Shown: piece by piece, positions 1 to 8,325 of the stretch | Layout: each line of letters starts with the position of its first letter | Position numbering within the stretch: position 1 is the stretch's first letter | Assembly: GCA_028289445.1 (NCBI GenBank) | Contig: JANQPO010000017.1 | Location: forward strand, 479,537 to 543,536 | DNA length: 64,000 nucleotides | Direction: 5' to 3' | Origin: Tepidamorphaceae bacterium | Lineage (GTDB): Bacteria > Pseudomonadota > Alphaproteobacteria > Rhizobiales > JAKSCL01 | The notes under the pieces: model-generated | The model's input: only the letters and a program-made list of their open reading frames with translations | Database searches by the model: none | Told to the model about the DNA's origin: nothing | Program-made: the position numbers and the translations under genes

Positions 1-426
1 TGCCGACGACCGCGCACCCGTCGCCGCGTCGGCGAACAGGAGTTGGACATCGCGGGCGCGCACATCCTTGCCGTTGATGCGATAGCTCGATCCGGATTCG
101 CGCGCGATCTTGCGCGAGACCTCCAGGTGGTCGTTGTCGTTGAATGCGGCGGGCGCAAACCTTTGCGTATTGTCGATGCCCAGCGTCACTTCGGCGATAT
201 TGCGCGAGGGCCGGTTGCCGGATCCGGAAAAGATCACATCGTCCATGCCGGAGCCGCGCAGGTTCTTGTACGAGCTTTCGCCCATCACCCAGCGCAGCGC
301 CTCGACCAAATTGGACTTGCCGCAGCCGTTCGGCCCCACGACGCCGGTCAACCCGGTCTCGATCATCAGGTCAGTGGCGTCGACGAAGGACTTGAAGCCG
401 GACAGGCGGAGTTTGGTCAGTTGCAT
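1..426 (-). CDS. smc: Chromosome segregation protein SMC, N-terminal 142 codons (gene continues past the left edge)
   Basis: Not in the ORF track because it is truncated. My reverse translation from the ATG (complement of 424-426) reads [58 protein letters not shown]..., the SMC head with Walker A GPNGCGKS. The + ORFs 43-609 and 110-691 are its shadows. Confidence 0.85.
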   Translation of the reverse strand, partial: MQLTKLRLSGFKSFVDATDLMIETGLTGVVGPNGCGKSNLVEALRWVMGESSYKNLRGSGMDDVIFSGSGNRPSRNIAEVTLGIDNTQRFAPAAFNDNDHLEVSRKIARESGSSYRINGKDVRARDVQLLFADAATGARSSA

Positions 427-531
427 GACCGCACCCCTGAGGTGGGCGCGGCGTCCACCGAGCGATCACACGATATCCACAGATTCGCTGCGACTTGCCC
501 ACATGTGCGGGCGGAGTCGGGCCGACCGCGA

Positions 532-1179
532 TCAGCTCTCCAGATGCGGCTTAAGCAGGGCTTCCAACTCGTCAAGCGAAACGGCTCCTCTCACGAGTGC
601 GCCGTTTAGAAAAAACGTTGGAGTCGAGCTGACTTGGAACTCTTTTTCAGCTCGCTCACGCACCCATCGAATCCCGTCCAACAATTCTTGATTCGACAGG
701 CAGCTGTCAAAGTCCGCGCGGGTCAATCCGCCCTGTTTGGCCATGGAAAACAAAGCATCCACAGGTTTGTCTGAAAATGCCCAGTCTTGCTGCTTCTCAA
801 ACAGCAGATCGATGAAATCGAAATAGGCGTTCTCCGGCACGCAGCGCGCCAGCATGAAGGCGGCCGCCGCCAGCGGATCGAGCGGAAACTCGCGGAAGAC
901 GAAGAAGACCTTGCCCGTTTCGATGTAGTTTTCCTTCAGCGCCGGATAGGTGTCGATGTGAAAGCGGGCGCAATGGCCGCACGTCGCCGAGGCATATTCG
1001 ATGAACGTGATGGGGGCGGAGGGATCGCCAAGCGTCATTTCGGCGAGCGGTCCCGTTTGCATGAGCGCATCGACCGATACCTGTCCCAAGGCCTTGGACC
1101 AAAGCCCGCCCGACGAAAGGACGGCGGCCGAGGCAAGTCCGGTCAGGACTGTGCGGCGGTGAATGAGCGGCAAGGACAT
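532..1179 (-). CDS. DsbA-family thiol:disulfide oxidoreductase, exported
   Basis: ORF 532-1542 trimmed to the internal ATG at 1179 (MSLPLIHRRTVLTGLASAAVLSSGG, signal-like leader). Thioredoxin-fold CxxC motif (SATCGHCARF). The upstream 121 codons are Arg/Pro-rich and do not look coding. Confidence 0.8.
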   Translation of the reverse strand: MSLPLIHRRTVLTGLASAAVLSSGGLWSKALGQVSVDALMQTGPLAEMTLGDPSAPITFIEYASATCGHCARFHIDTYPALKENYIETGKVFFVFREFPLDPLAAAAFMLARCVPENAYFDFIDLLFEKQQDWAFSDKPVDALFSMAKQGGLTRADFDSCLSNQELLDGIRWVRERAEKEFQVSSTPTFFLNGALVRGAVSLDELEALLKPHLES

Positions 1180-1273
1180 CGGACACTCCAAATCTGGAAG
1201 GCGAATAAGCTGGCATTTGGAGGTGCCAGCCTGAATGGGCCATGAATTACGCCAGTTTTGGGGCGTTCGGCAA

Positions 1274-1786
1274 TCACGCTTTGTTGAGTTCGGCCGCAAT
1301 GCTGCGGCCAAGCGAGGCCAAAGACTCGCGCAGTCGATCGTCGCCGATGTCTTGCACCTGTCGCTCGACGGCCTTGGATGCATCGGGCGAGCAGGCCTTC
1401 TTCGGCGGTCTTGCAGGCGACGCGGCCCGAACCGGGGCTTGCACAAAGCGCACCTTGCCGATCGCGCCATATCCGAAATAGACATTGAGTCGTTCAAGAA
1501 TTTGCGGGGCCATATGCTGGACTTCGACCGCCACCGGTCCATCCACCCGGATCACGATGGTCGCCGGTTCGGCCGGCGCGGCGGGATCGGCGTCGGCGGC
1601 TGGGCGCGGCCAAATCAGCTTCTCCGGCTGGGTCGCTTCGGCCAGCTGCCCGCCGATGATCTGCGGCCAATGCGCCAGGATGTCGCCGGTTTGAAAGCCG
1701 CGCCGCCGCAGGGCCGGGTCAAGGGTGCGCGCGACAAAATCGGCAAGCGCCCCTTGCTGCCGCGATCCGGTCTTTCGATCTGCCAT
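1274..1786 (-). CDS. DUF721 (DciA-type) domain protein
   Basis: ORF 1274-1906 trimmed to the ATG at 1786 (MADRKTGSRQQGALADFVARTLDP...). The pattern HWPQIIGGQLAEATQPEKL ... IVIRVDGPVAVEVQHMAPQILERLNVYFGYGAIGKVRF matches my memory of DUF721. Confidence 0.6.
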   Translation of the reverse strand: MADRKTGSRQQGALADFVARTLDPALRRRGFQTGDILAHWPQIIGGQLAEATQPEKLIWPRPAADADPAAPAEPATIVIRVDGPVAVEVQHMAPQILERLNVYFGYGAIGKVRFVQAPVRAASPARPPKKACSPDASKAVERQVQDIGDDRLRESLASLGRSIAAELNKA

Positions 1787-1788
1787 TC

Positions 1789-2850
1789 TTGGCCTCTCGC
1801 ACGAGCATTGTGACCGACTTAAGCGCACATCGTCTTTTGGATTGGTATGACGCCAATCGCCGGGTGCTCCCATGGCGCGCTGCACCCGGGGAGCCAAGCG
1901 ACCCATACCACGTTTGGCTGTCGGAAATCATGCTGCAACAGACGACGGTCAAGGCGGTCATCCCCTATTTCCAGAGCTTTGTTGCCGCCTGTCCAACGGT
2001 TTCGGCGTTGGCCGGCACGCCGCGCGACGATGTGCTGAAGGCCTGGGCGGGGCTCGGTTACTATGCGCGGGCACGCAATCTTCATCGGTGCGCGGAGATC
2101 GTCGCGACGGAGCACGACGGCGCGTTCCCGCAAACGGAAGGGGCGCTCAAGCAGTTGCCCGGCATCGGCGACTACACCGCGGCCGCGATCGCGGCGATTG
2201 CCTTTGGCGCGCCGGCGGCGGTGGTCGACGGCAATGTCGAGCGGGTGATCGCGCGGGCCTATGCGATCGACACGCCGCTGCCGAAAGCAAAGGTCGCGAT
2301 CAAGGACAGGGTTGCGGGATTGGTTCCAGCCGAGCGGCCGGGCGATTTCGCGCAGGCGATGATGGATCTGGGCGCCACGATCTGCACGCCGAAGACACCG
2401 TCTTGTCTCCTGTGTCCCTGGTCGGGGACATGCGCTGCCAACGCGGCGGGGCAACAAACCGCGTTCCCGGTCAAAGCGGGCAAGAAGGCGAGGCCGCTGC
2501 GGCGCGGCCACGCCTACTTCGTGCGCGACGGCTCAGGCCGTGTGCTGGTGCGCAAACGGCCGGATAAGGGCCTTCTGGGTGGGATGACCGAGATCCCGAC
2601 AAGTCCTTGGCGCGAAGACGATATTGCAGCCGAAGCGCAACAGCCGGTCGCGGCGACCTATAAGCGTGTTCCGGGCTTGGTTCGCCACGTCTTTACCCAT
2701 TTCGAGCTTGAACTGACCGTTCACGTCGCCCGCGCCGACGGGGCCGCACCGGTTGAGGGTTATTGGGTCGACGAGGATCAGCTTGACGGAGAGGCATTGC
2801 CATCGGTTATGCGCAAGGTTGTCGCCCACGCGCGCGCGGTAGGCGCATGA
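1789..2850 (+). CDS. mutY: A/G-specific adenine DNA glycosylase MutY
   Basis: HhH-GPD region LPGIGDYTAAAIAAIAFG. Fe-S loop C-x6-C-x2-C-x5-C (CTPKTPSCLLCPWSGTC). C-terminal NUDIX-like domain. TTG start at 1789; an alternative in-frame GTG lies at 1810. Confidence 0.9.
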   Translation: MASRTSIVTDLSAHRLLDWYDANRRVLPWRAAPGEPSDPYHVWLSEIMLQQTTVKAVIPYFQSFVAACPTVSALAGTPRDDVLKAWAGLGYYARARNLHRCAEIVATEHDGAFPQTEGALKQLPGIGDYTAAAIAAIAFGAPAAVVDGNVERVIARAYAIDTPLPKAKVAIKDRVAGLVPAERPGDFAQAMMDLGATICTPKTPSCLLCPWSGTCAANAAGQQTAFPVKAGKKARPLRRGHAYFVRDGSGRVLVRKRPDKGLLGGMTEIPTSPWREDDIAAEAQQPVAATYKRVPGLVRHVFTHFELELTVHVARADGAAPVEGYWVDEDQLDGEALPSVMRKVVAHARAVGA

Positions 2851-2856
2851 TCCGTC

Positions 2857-2958
2857 AGAGCATATTCGGTGAAAGTCGGTCACCGAAAATGCTCTAACTC
2901 TTTGATTTTGAGCATATTCTTTTCCGAAAACCGCGCGCACTTTTCGGGAACATGCTCT
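2857..2958. repeat. Intergenic mosaic palindromic element, copy A (two imperfect hairpins built on GAGCAT(A/G)TTC ... GAAnATGCTC)
   Basis: Hairpin 1: 2857-2872 agagcatattcggtga pairs with 2880-2895 tcaccgaaaatgctct (15 of 16). Hairpin 2 spans 2910-2957. It shares the exact 12-mer ctttgattttga (2900-2911) and the exact 18-mer ttttcgggaacatgctct (2941-2958) with copy B at 32609-32770. It fills the gap between convergent mutY and gene 2957-3361. Confidence 0.75.
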
Positions 2959-3361
2959 AGCTCTCGCGCTTGGGCACCATGACGACACGCGGGATCGGCA
3001 CCGTGCCGTGGCCGAAGTCGAGCGTTTCGGGGAGCTTTGTCTTGGTCGGCTGCGGTGCCGAGGGCGCGGCGTCCTCGATCATGTCGCCGGCGCGGATCGA
3101 GGCGACCGTCGCGTCGACCAGATCGGCGAAACCGCCCTTGTGGAGACCGGCCAGGAACGCCATCGTGTTGGCGGCGCCGGCCTCGAACTGCCAGGTGCAG
3201 TCCCTGAAGTCGCATCCCGACAAAACCGGCGGTCGGCCGCCGCCATAGATGAAGGCGCAGCCCGCGAAGCGGCAGTCGCGGAACGAACTGGCGTCAAGCA
3301 CGATTGTTTCGTTCTTGAAGGTCCGGCGCTCGAAATCGCCCTGAACGCGCTTTGCTTTCAT
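2957..3361 (-). CDS. Hypothetical small protein with repeated F-R-D-C motifs
   Basis: C-terminal part of ORF 2957-4045. The upstream part overlaps SapC on the other strand and is rejected. ATG at 3361 (MKAKRVQGDFERRTF...), alternative ATG at 3397. Contains SFRDCRFAGCAF ... GCDFRDCTWQF. I recognise no family. Confidence 0.5.
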   Translation of the reverse strand: MKAKRVQGDFERRTFKNETIVLDASSFRDCRFAGCAFIYGGGRPPVLSGCDFRDCTWQFEAGAANTMAFLAGLHKGGFADLVDATVASIRAGDMIEDAAPSAPQPTKTKLPETLDFGHGTVPIPRVVMVPKRES

Positions 3362-3463
3362 CGGTTTCGTTGCCCGAATGCCGCTTTCAACTGCCATGCC
3401 AATGATATACACGGATAAGGGGCGGGCGCCACGCCAAGCCCGTATGATGCGAAGCAGGCCACA

Positions 3464-4264
3464 ATGAGCGACGTTTCCGACGCTGCGGCGGACACACCGG
3501 GCACCGGCCAGGCCCCGGAGCAACCCTCGCGCGGTCCGACGCAAACGCCGCTGCCGCTTTTCTATCGATCGCCGGAAGTCTTGGATCCAGAGCGTCACGG
3601 TGGGCTGGCACTGGCGGATAAGGCAGACTACCGGTTCGCCGCCGGCGTCAATGCGATCCCGATCAATTCGTCGGAATATCCGCTTGCGGCCCGCCACTAT
3701 CCGATCGTCTTCACAGGCGGTGCGACGGCACCGACATCGATTGCGGTTCTGGGCCTCAGACAAGGGCAAAACGTGTTCATCGATGGCGAGGGCTCCTGGG
3801 AGGCCGATGCCTATATTCCGGCCTATGTTCGCCGCTTCCCGTTCATCCTGGCACGCGGCGGCGAGGAGCCGCGCTATGCGCTGTGCGTCGAACGGGCCGA
3901 CACGCATATCGTCGAAGGCGGCGCGCATCGGTTGTTCGATGGCGAGTCCTTGACGGACACGGCGAAGAAGGCGCTCAATTTTTGCGTTCAGTACGAGGCC
4001 GAAGCGCAGGCGACGGAGCGTTTCGCCAAGGCCTTGGTCGAACACGATCTATTGGTGGTGAACCAGGCCCGCTTCTCGCTACCGTCGGGCGATGTGCTGG
4101 CGCTCACCGATTTCAAGGTCGTCGACGAGGCCAAGTTCAACGCTCTGTCCGACGAGGCGTTCCTGGAGCTGCGGCATGCCGGTGCCCTGGCAGCGATCTA
4201 CTGCCATCTGGTCTCCATGCGCGCCTGGCAGGCGCTTGTCCGCCGCGCGGGTGCGACGAGCTAG
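3464..4264 (+). CDS. SapC family protein
   Basis: 266 aa. The pattern FYRSPEVLDPERHGGL ... NAIPINSSEYPLAARHYPIVF ... YIPAYVRRFPFIL matches my memory of the SapC family (PF07277). Confidence 0.7.
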   Translation: MSDVSDAAADTPGTGQAPEQPSRGPTQTPLPLFYRSPEVLDPERHGGLALADKADYRFAAGVNAIPINSSEYPLAARHYPIVFTGGATAPTSIAVLGLRQGQNVFIDGEGSWEADAYIPAYVRRFPFILARGGEEPRYALCVERADTHIVEGGAHRLFDGESLTDTAKKALNFCVQYEAEAQATERFAKALVEHDLLVVNQARFSLPSGDVLALTDFKVVDEAKFNALSDEAFLELRHAGALAAIYCHLVSMRAWQALVRRAGATS

Positions 4265-4276
4265 CGCGCTTACGCC

Positions 4277-4831
4277 TTATCCGCGCGCTCTCAGGCTCAG
4301 CTTGTCATAGGCGCTGGTGAATCCGACCAGCGTCACCGGCACTGTGAGGTTTTGCCGCTGCGCCGATTGCATGCCGATCTGCAGGGTCTGACCGTTTTTC
4401 AGCCGCTCAAGAAGATCGTCGCCGATTCCCGTGCCGGCATAGGCGCCGTTGGCGTCACTGGTCTGCACCGCCAGTTGTAGCGGCTCGGCGTCATCGATCT
4501 TCAAGGTGACGCCAGCCGGCAGGAACAGGCCGTGCGGCAAGGCCAGCACCAAGGCGTGATTGGGCGCGCCCTCGCGCGGTTCGATGATGACGGTCAGGAG
4601 CCGCTGGCGGGATCCTTGAACGATAATGTTCTGCGACATGCGGCAAACGGGGGAGTCGCTCTGCTCGGTTTCGGTGCATCTGACGATCCAGTTCGGCGCC
4701 GTCGACGGCGCCTCGGTGGCCTGCTCCGCCTGTGCCAGGCGGAGTTCGGACGCCATGGCGTCGGCGCTGGCGGAGACGATCGTAACCGCACAAAAACCGA
4801 CGATGCTCAGTCCGCGCAAAAACGTCCTCAC
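4277..4831 (-). CDS. Invasion-associated locus B (IalB) family protein, exported
   Basis: 184 aa with a GTG start and a signal peptide (GFCAVTIVSASADA). The pattern WIVRCTE...SPVCRMSQNI ... LALPHGLFLPAGVTLKIDD is typical of IalB-like proteins. Confidence 0.7.
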   Translation of the reverse strand: MRTFLRGLSIVGFCAVTIVSASADAMASELRLAQAEQATEAPSTAPNWIVRCTETEQSDSPVCRMSQNIIVQGSRQRLLTVIIEPREGAPNHALVLALPHGLFLPAGVTLKIDDAEPLQLAVQTSDANGAYAGTGIGDDLLERLKNGQTLQIGMQSAQRQNLTVPVTLVGFTSAYDKLSLRARG

Positions 4832-4880
4832 AAAGACCCTCCCAGCTTGTCCACGGGTAACTATAAATCAAATCCCTGCC

Positions 4881-4902
4881 GTCGCCACATTTGCGTGGCG
4901 AC
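4881..4902. promoter_or_regulatory. Perfect 8-bp inverted repeat (gtcgccac-N6-gtggcgac) in the divergent ialB-like/GMC promoter region
   Basis: Read directly: 4881-4888 gtcgccac, 4895-4902 gtggcgac. It lies between divergent starts at 4831 and 5011. Function unknown. Confidence 0.3.
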
Positions 4903-5010
4903 AATCCTCCGGTAGATGCTGAGACGTAAATCGGAATGCGACCGATGCCGCGCCGCGACCATGGGCGCGGGCCGATCCGCCGAGAAACTGCATGGATACG
5001 ACACCTGCCG

Positions 5011-6672
5011 ATGGACGAGTTTGATTATGTGATTGTCGGCGCCGGATCGGCGGGCTGTTTGCTCGCCAATCGCCTGTCGGAGAACGATCGATACAGTGTG
5101 CTCGTCTTGGAGGCCGGCAGAACCGGTCGCGGCAACTGGATCGATCTTTCAATCGATCGCGGGCACCGTTGCTCGCGCGCTGATTGGGGCTTTGTGACGG
5201 AGCCGGATCCGGGAACCCGAAATCGGCGCAGCTATTGGCCGTGCGGCAAGGTTCTGGGCGGCTCGTCCACGGCGGGCGCGATGGTCTATGTTCGCGGCCA
5301 GGCCGCCGATTTCGATGCCTGGGCAGCGGCCGGCAATGTCGGCTGGGGGTGGGACACGGTCTTTCCGCTTTTTGGTGCGATCGAAGACTATTCCGGTGCC
5401 GAGAGCACTTGGCGCGGCACCAGCGGGCCGCTTCCGGTGCGCAATATCGAGGCGGAGGCCCATCCCCTTTGCGCCGTGTTTCTCGCGGCCGCCGAAGAGG
5501 CCGGGTTGCGCCACGTTGCCGACATCAACAGTGCGACGTTGGAGGGCGCCGGCATCTTTCAGGTCGTGGCGCGAGACGGTGTGCCGGAATCGGCCTCCGC
5601 CATGTTTCTCGACCCTGCGATCAAGCGAAAGAATCTGGCGATCGAGACCAAGGCGCAGGCGACGCGCGTTCTCTTCAAGGGCCGCCGGGCGATCGGTGTC
5701 GAATATCTGAAAGCCGGCCGACGGCACACAGTTCGAGCCAGGGCGGAAGTCATCCTGTCGGCGGGCGCGATCAACTCGCCGCACCTGTTGCAGCTTTCTG
5801 GGATCGGTCCCGGTGCGCAACTGCGTCGGCAGGGCCTGGATGTGGCCTACGACAGTTCCAACGTGGGCAGCAATCTTCAGGACCATATCGGGCTCGACTA
5901 TGTCTACGCTTCGCGCGAGCCGACGCTGAACAACAAGCTGAGCTCGGGCCGTGCGCGAACCGGGAATGTCCTTCGCCGCATGCTGCGCCACGCCGGTCCG
6001 TTGTCGCTCGGTGTTTCGCAGGCCGGTCCATTGTCGCTCGGCACCGCGCAGGCCGGTGCGTTTTTGCGGTCGAATGCCCATGTCGAGCGCGCCAACATTC
6101 AGATTCGCTTCTCGCCGCTCAGCTACACCAAGGCACCGCCCGGAGAGCGGCCGGACCTTCAGCCCGACCCGCATTCCGGATTCGTCATCGGCGTTGCGAA
6201 CTGTCGGCCCGCGAGCCGTGGTCATATGCGGCTCAGATCGCCCGATCCCCTGGAACCGCCGGCGATCTATCCAAACTACCTTTCGACTCCCGGCGACGTT
6301 CGGGAACTGCTCGACGGCGTGCATTTCATTCGTCGGCTGGCGGCGACTGAGGCTTTCTCGCAAATCATCGAAGAAGAGTTGTCGCCGGGTTCTGAAGTCT
6401 CCGGCGATATCGCGCTCATCGACGACATTCGCGCGCGCGCCGATAGCCTGTATCATCCTTCCGGTACTTGCCGGATGGCCCCCGATCCCGACGATGGCGT
6501 CGTCGATGCACGATTGCGCGTTCACGGCCTGGCCGGACTGCGCGTGATCGATGCTTCGGTCTTCCCCTCGATCCCATCGGGCGACACATTCGCGCCGACC
6601 ATGATGGTGGCCCTTCGCGGCGCCGACATGGTTCTGGAGGACGCCCTTTGCGGATCGATGGAACACGCCTGA
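5011..6672 (+). CDS. GMC family (choline dehydrogenase-like) FAD oxidoreductase
   Basis: ORF 4936-6672 trimmed to the ATG at 5011 (MDEFDYVIVGAGSAGCLLANRLSEN, ADP-binding fold). C-terminal HPSGTCRMA and VIDASVFPSIPSG are typical GMC motifs. Confidence 0.85.
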   Translation: MDEFDYVIVGAGSAGCLLANRLSENDRYSVLVLEAGRTGRGNWIDLSIDRGHRCSRADWGFVTEPDPGTRNRRSYWPCGKVLGGSSTAGAMVYVRGQAADFDAWAAAGNVGWGWDTVFPLFGAIEDYSGAESTWRGTSGPLPVRNIEAEAHPLCAVFLAAAEEAGLRHVADINSATLEGAGIFQVVARDGVPESASAMFLDPAIKRKNLAIETKAQATRVLFKGRRAIGVEYLKAGRRHTVRARAEVILSAGAINSPHLLQLSGIGPGAQLRRQGLDVAYDSSNVGSNLQDHIGLDYVYASREPTLNNKLSSGRARTGNVLRRMLRHAGPLSLGVSQAGPLSLGTAQAGAFLRSNAHVERANIQIRFSPLSYTKAPPGERPDLQPDPHSGFVIGVANCRPASRGHMRLRSPDPLEPPAIYPNYLSTPGDVRELLDGVHFIRRLAATEAFSQIIEEELSPGSEVSGDIALIDDIRARADSLYHPSGTCRMAPDPDDGVVDARLRVHGLAGLRVIDASVFPSIPSGDTFAPTMMVALRGADMVLEDALCGSMEHA

Positions 6673-7976
6673 TGGGCGGTGCTTCGGCGGCGTTTGCCGA
6701 GGACTTCAAAACCGATCCTTATTGGTGGGAGCGCACGCCGCGCCCGAAGCTTGAGACAGTCGCGTTCCCAAAAGCGGTCGATGTTGCCGTGGTTGGCTCC
6801 GGCTACACTGGCTTGTGTGCGGCTCTCCAAACGGCGCGTGGCGGTCGCGAGACCATCGTATTCGACGCCCAGGCCGCCGGATGGGGCTGCTCGACACGCA
6901 ACGGCGGCCAGGTTAGCACCAGCGTCAAGGGCGAGTACGACGATCTCGTCCGTCGCCATGGCGAGGCGGCGGCACGGGCGGTGCTCAAGGATGGGCGCAA
7001 TGCGCTCGATTGGCTCGGCACCTTCATCGCCGACGAGGCGGTCGATTGCGATTTCAGGACGGTCGGCCGGTTTCATGCCGCGCATACGCCGGGTCGCTAC
7101 CGGGTTCTTGAGCGAAATTACGCCAAACTCCCGCGAGACTTGGGGATCGAGGCTCATCTGGTGCCGCGAAGCGATCAGCACGCCGAGCTTGGCTCCGATG
7201 CCTATCATGGCGGTGTCGTCTATCCCGATCACGCATCGCTCGATCCGGCGCGTTACCACCACGGTCTGCTGGACCGCGCTCTCGCGTCCGGCGTGAGCGT
7301 TGTCGACAACTGTGCCGTCACCGCGATCGAAGGCACGGGGTCCGGATTTCGTTTGGCGACCGCGCGGGGCGAACTCACCGCTCGCGACGTGGTACTAGCA
7401 ACAAACGGCTATTCCGGCGCCGTTGTGCCATGGCTTAGACGTCGGGTCATTCCCATCGGCAGCTACATCATCGCGACGGAGCCTCTCGCCCCCGGCTTGA
7501 TGGATCGTCTCATTCCGAAGGATCGTGTCATTAGCGATACTCGCCGGCTCGTCTACTATTACCGCGCTTCGCCGGACCGGAGACGGATGTTGTTTGGCGG
7601 GCGTGTAAGCTTCGCCGAGACCGACCCCCGCCGGTCGGCGCCGCGATTGCGAGCGGAGATGGTGCGCCTGTTTCCCGATCTGGTAGGGGCGCGCATCAGT
7701 CACTCCTGGGTCGGCTTCGTCGCCTACACCTTCGATACGCTCGCCCATATCGGTCAACACAGCGGCACCCACTATGCCGCCGGGTATTGTGGCTCCGGTG
7801 TATCGATGGCGAGCTATCTCGGTATGCGCCTGGGTCGAAATGTGCTCGGTCTAGACGACCGACCCACGGGGCTCGAACGGCTCGCGTTCCAAACCCGGCC
7901 GCTCTATACGGGCAATCCATGGTTCCTTGCGCCCACGGTCATGTTCTACCGCTGGTGTGATCGGCTGGGTGTCTAG
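6672..7976 (+). CDS. FAD-dependent oxidoreductase (DAO family)
   Basis: ORF 6468-7976 trimmed to the ATG at 6672 (MGGASAAFAEDF...). Dinucleotide fold VDVAVVGSGYTGLCAAL. The ATG overlaps the GMC stop (cTGATGg), implying coupling. Confidence 0.8.
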   Translation: MGGASAAFAEDFKTDPYWWERTPRPKLETVAFPKAVDVAVVGSGYTGLCAALQTARGGRETIVFDAQAAGWGCSTRNGGQVSTSVKGEYDDLVRRHGEAAARAVLKDGRNALDWLGTFIADEAVDCDFRTVGRFHAAHTPGRYRVLERNYAKLPRDLGIEAHLVPRSDQHAELGSDAYHGGVVYPDHASLDPARYHHGLLDRALASGVSVVDNCAVTAIEGTGSGFRLATARGELTARDVVLATNGYSGAVVPWLRRRVIPIGSYIIATEPLAPGLMDRLIPKDRVISDTRRLVYYYRASPDRRRMLFGGRVSFAETDPRRSAPRLRAEMVRLFPDLVGARISHSWVGFVAYTFDTLAHIGQHSGTHYAAGYCGSGVSMASYLGMRLGRNVLGLDDRPTGLERLAFQTRPLYTGNPWFLAPTVMFYRWCDRLGV

Positions 7977-8215
7977 TAAATAATCATGATATTCCCTGTT
8001 CTTTCGACCTGCGATAGCCACTGCAACGTCGCAATCAACGCTATCATGTTATGATGCTAAAGTTATTTTTCAATATTATCTCCCATAAATATTTGAGTAT
8101 ATTACAAGCATTCCAATTTTTATTGCATAAATTGTAATATATATTTCTTTCTATACGCTTATCCTCTGATATGAGGTGATCGTATCAATAATCACAAAAC
8201 GGTCGCCGCGTTCAA
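7977..8215. other. Strongly AT-rich intergenic island upstream of the TRAP operon
   Basis: My hand count over 8041-8200 gives 41 G+C in 160 nt (about 26%), against GC-rich flanks. No ORF of 60 aa or more. Many TA steps and A/T tracts (e.g. attgcataaattgtaatatatatttctttctata). Confidence 0.8.
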
Positions 8216-8325
8216 ATTGCGTTGCGATTTGGAACGCATGGGCTATTGTGACGTAAGCGCGATGCGTCCGGCGCAGGGGCAATGGTGCAGGCGCTCAAAG
8301 AATTACCATGGGAGGAAACCTACGA

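Noticed and set aside
43-691. + strand ORFs 43-609, 110-691 and 144-395
   Set aside because: They lie opposite the SMC N-terminal coding sequence, which carries an unmistakable Walker A head motif.
2880-3215. 111-aa minus ORF ending ...FSEKNMLKIKELEHFR
   Set aside because: It reads through the intergenic palindromic repeat, and in another frame it overlaps the better-supported small gene 2957-3361. The peptide-like tail is a by-product of the repeat.
5149-6666. 505-aa minus-strand ORF, with the 388-aa + ORF 5184-6350 in another frame
   Set aside because: Both overlap the GMC oxidoreductase frame, which has clear FAD and GMC motifs. The alternatives are Arg/Gly/Pro-rich shadows.
7987-8055. 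22-codon ORF (MIFPVLSTCDSHCNVAINAIML) inside the AT-rich island
   Set aside because: It has no RBS, I cannot test it for conservation, and an ORF of this length is expected by chance in AT-rich DNA. It is noted only as something to check if ribosome-profiling data exist.
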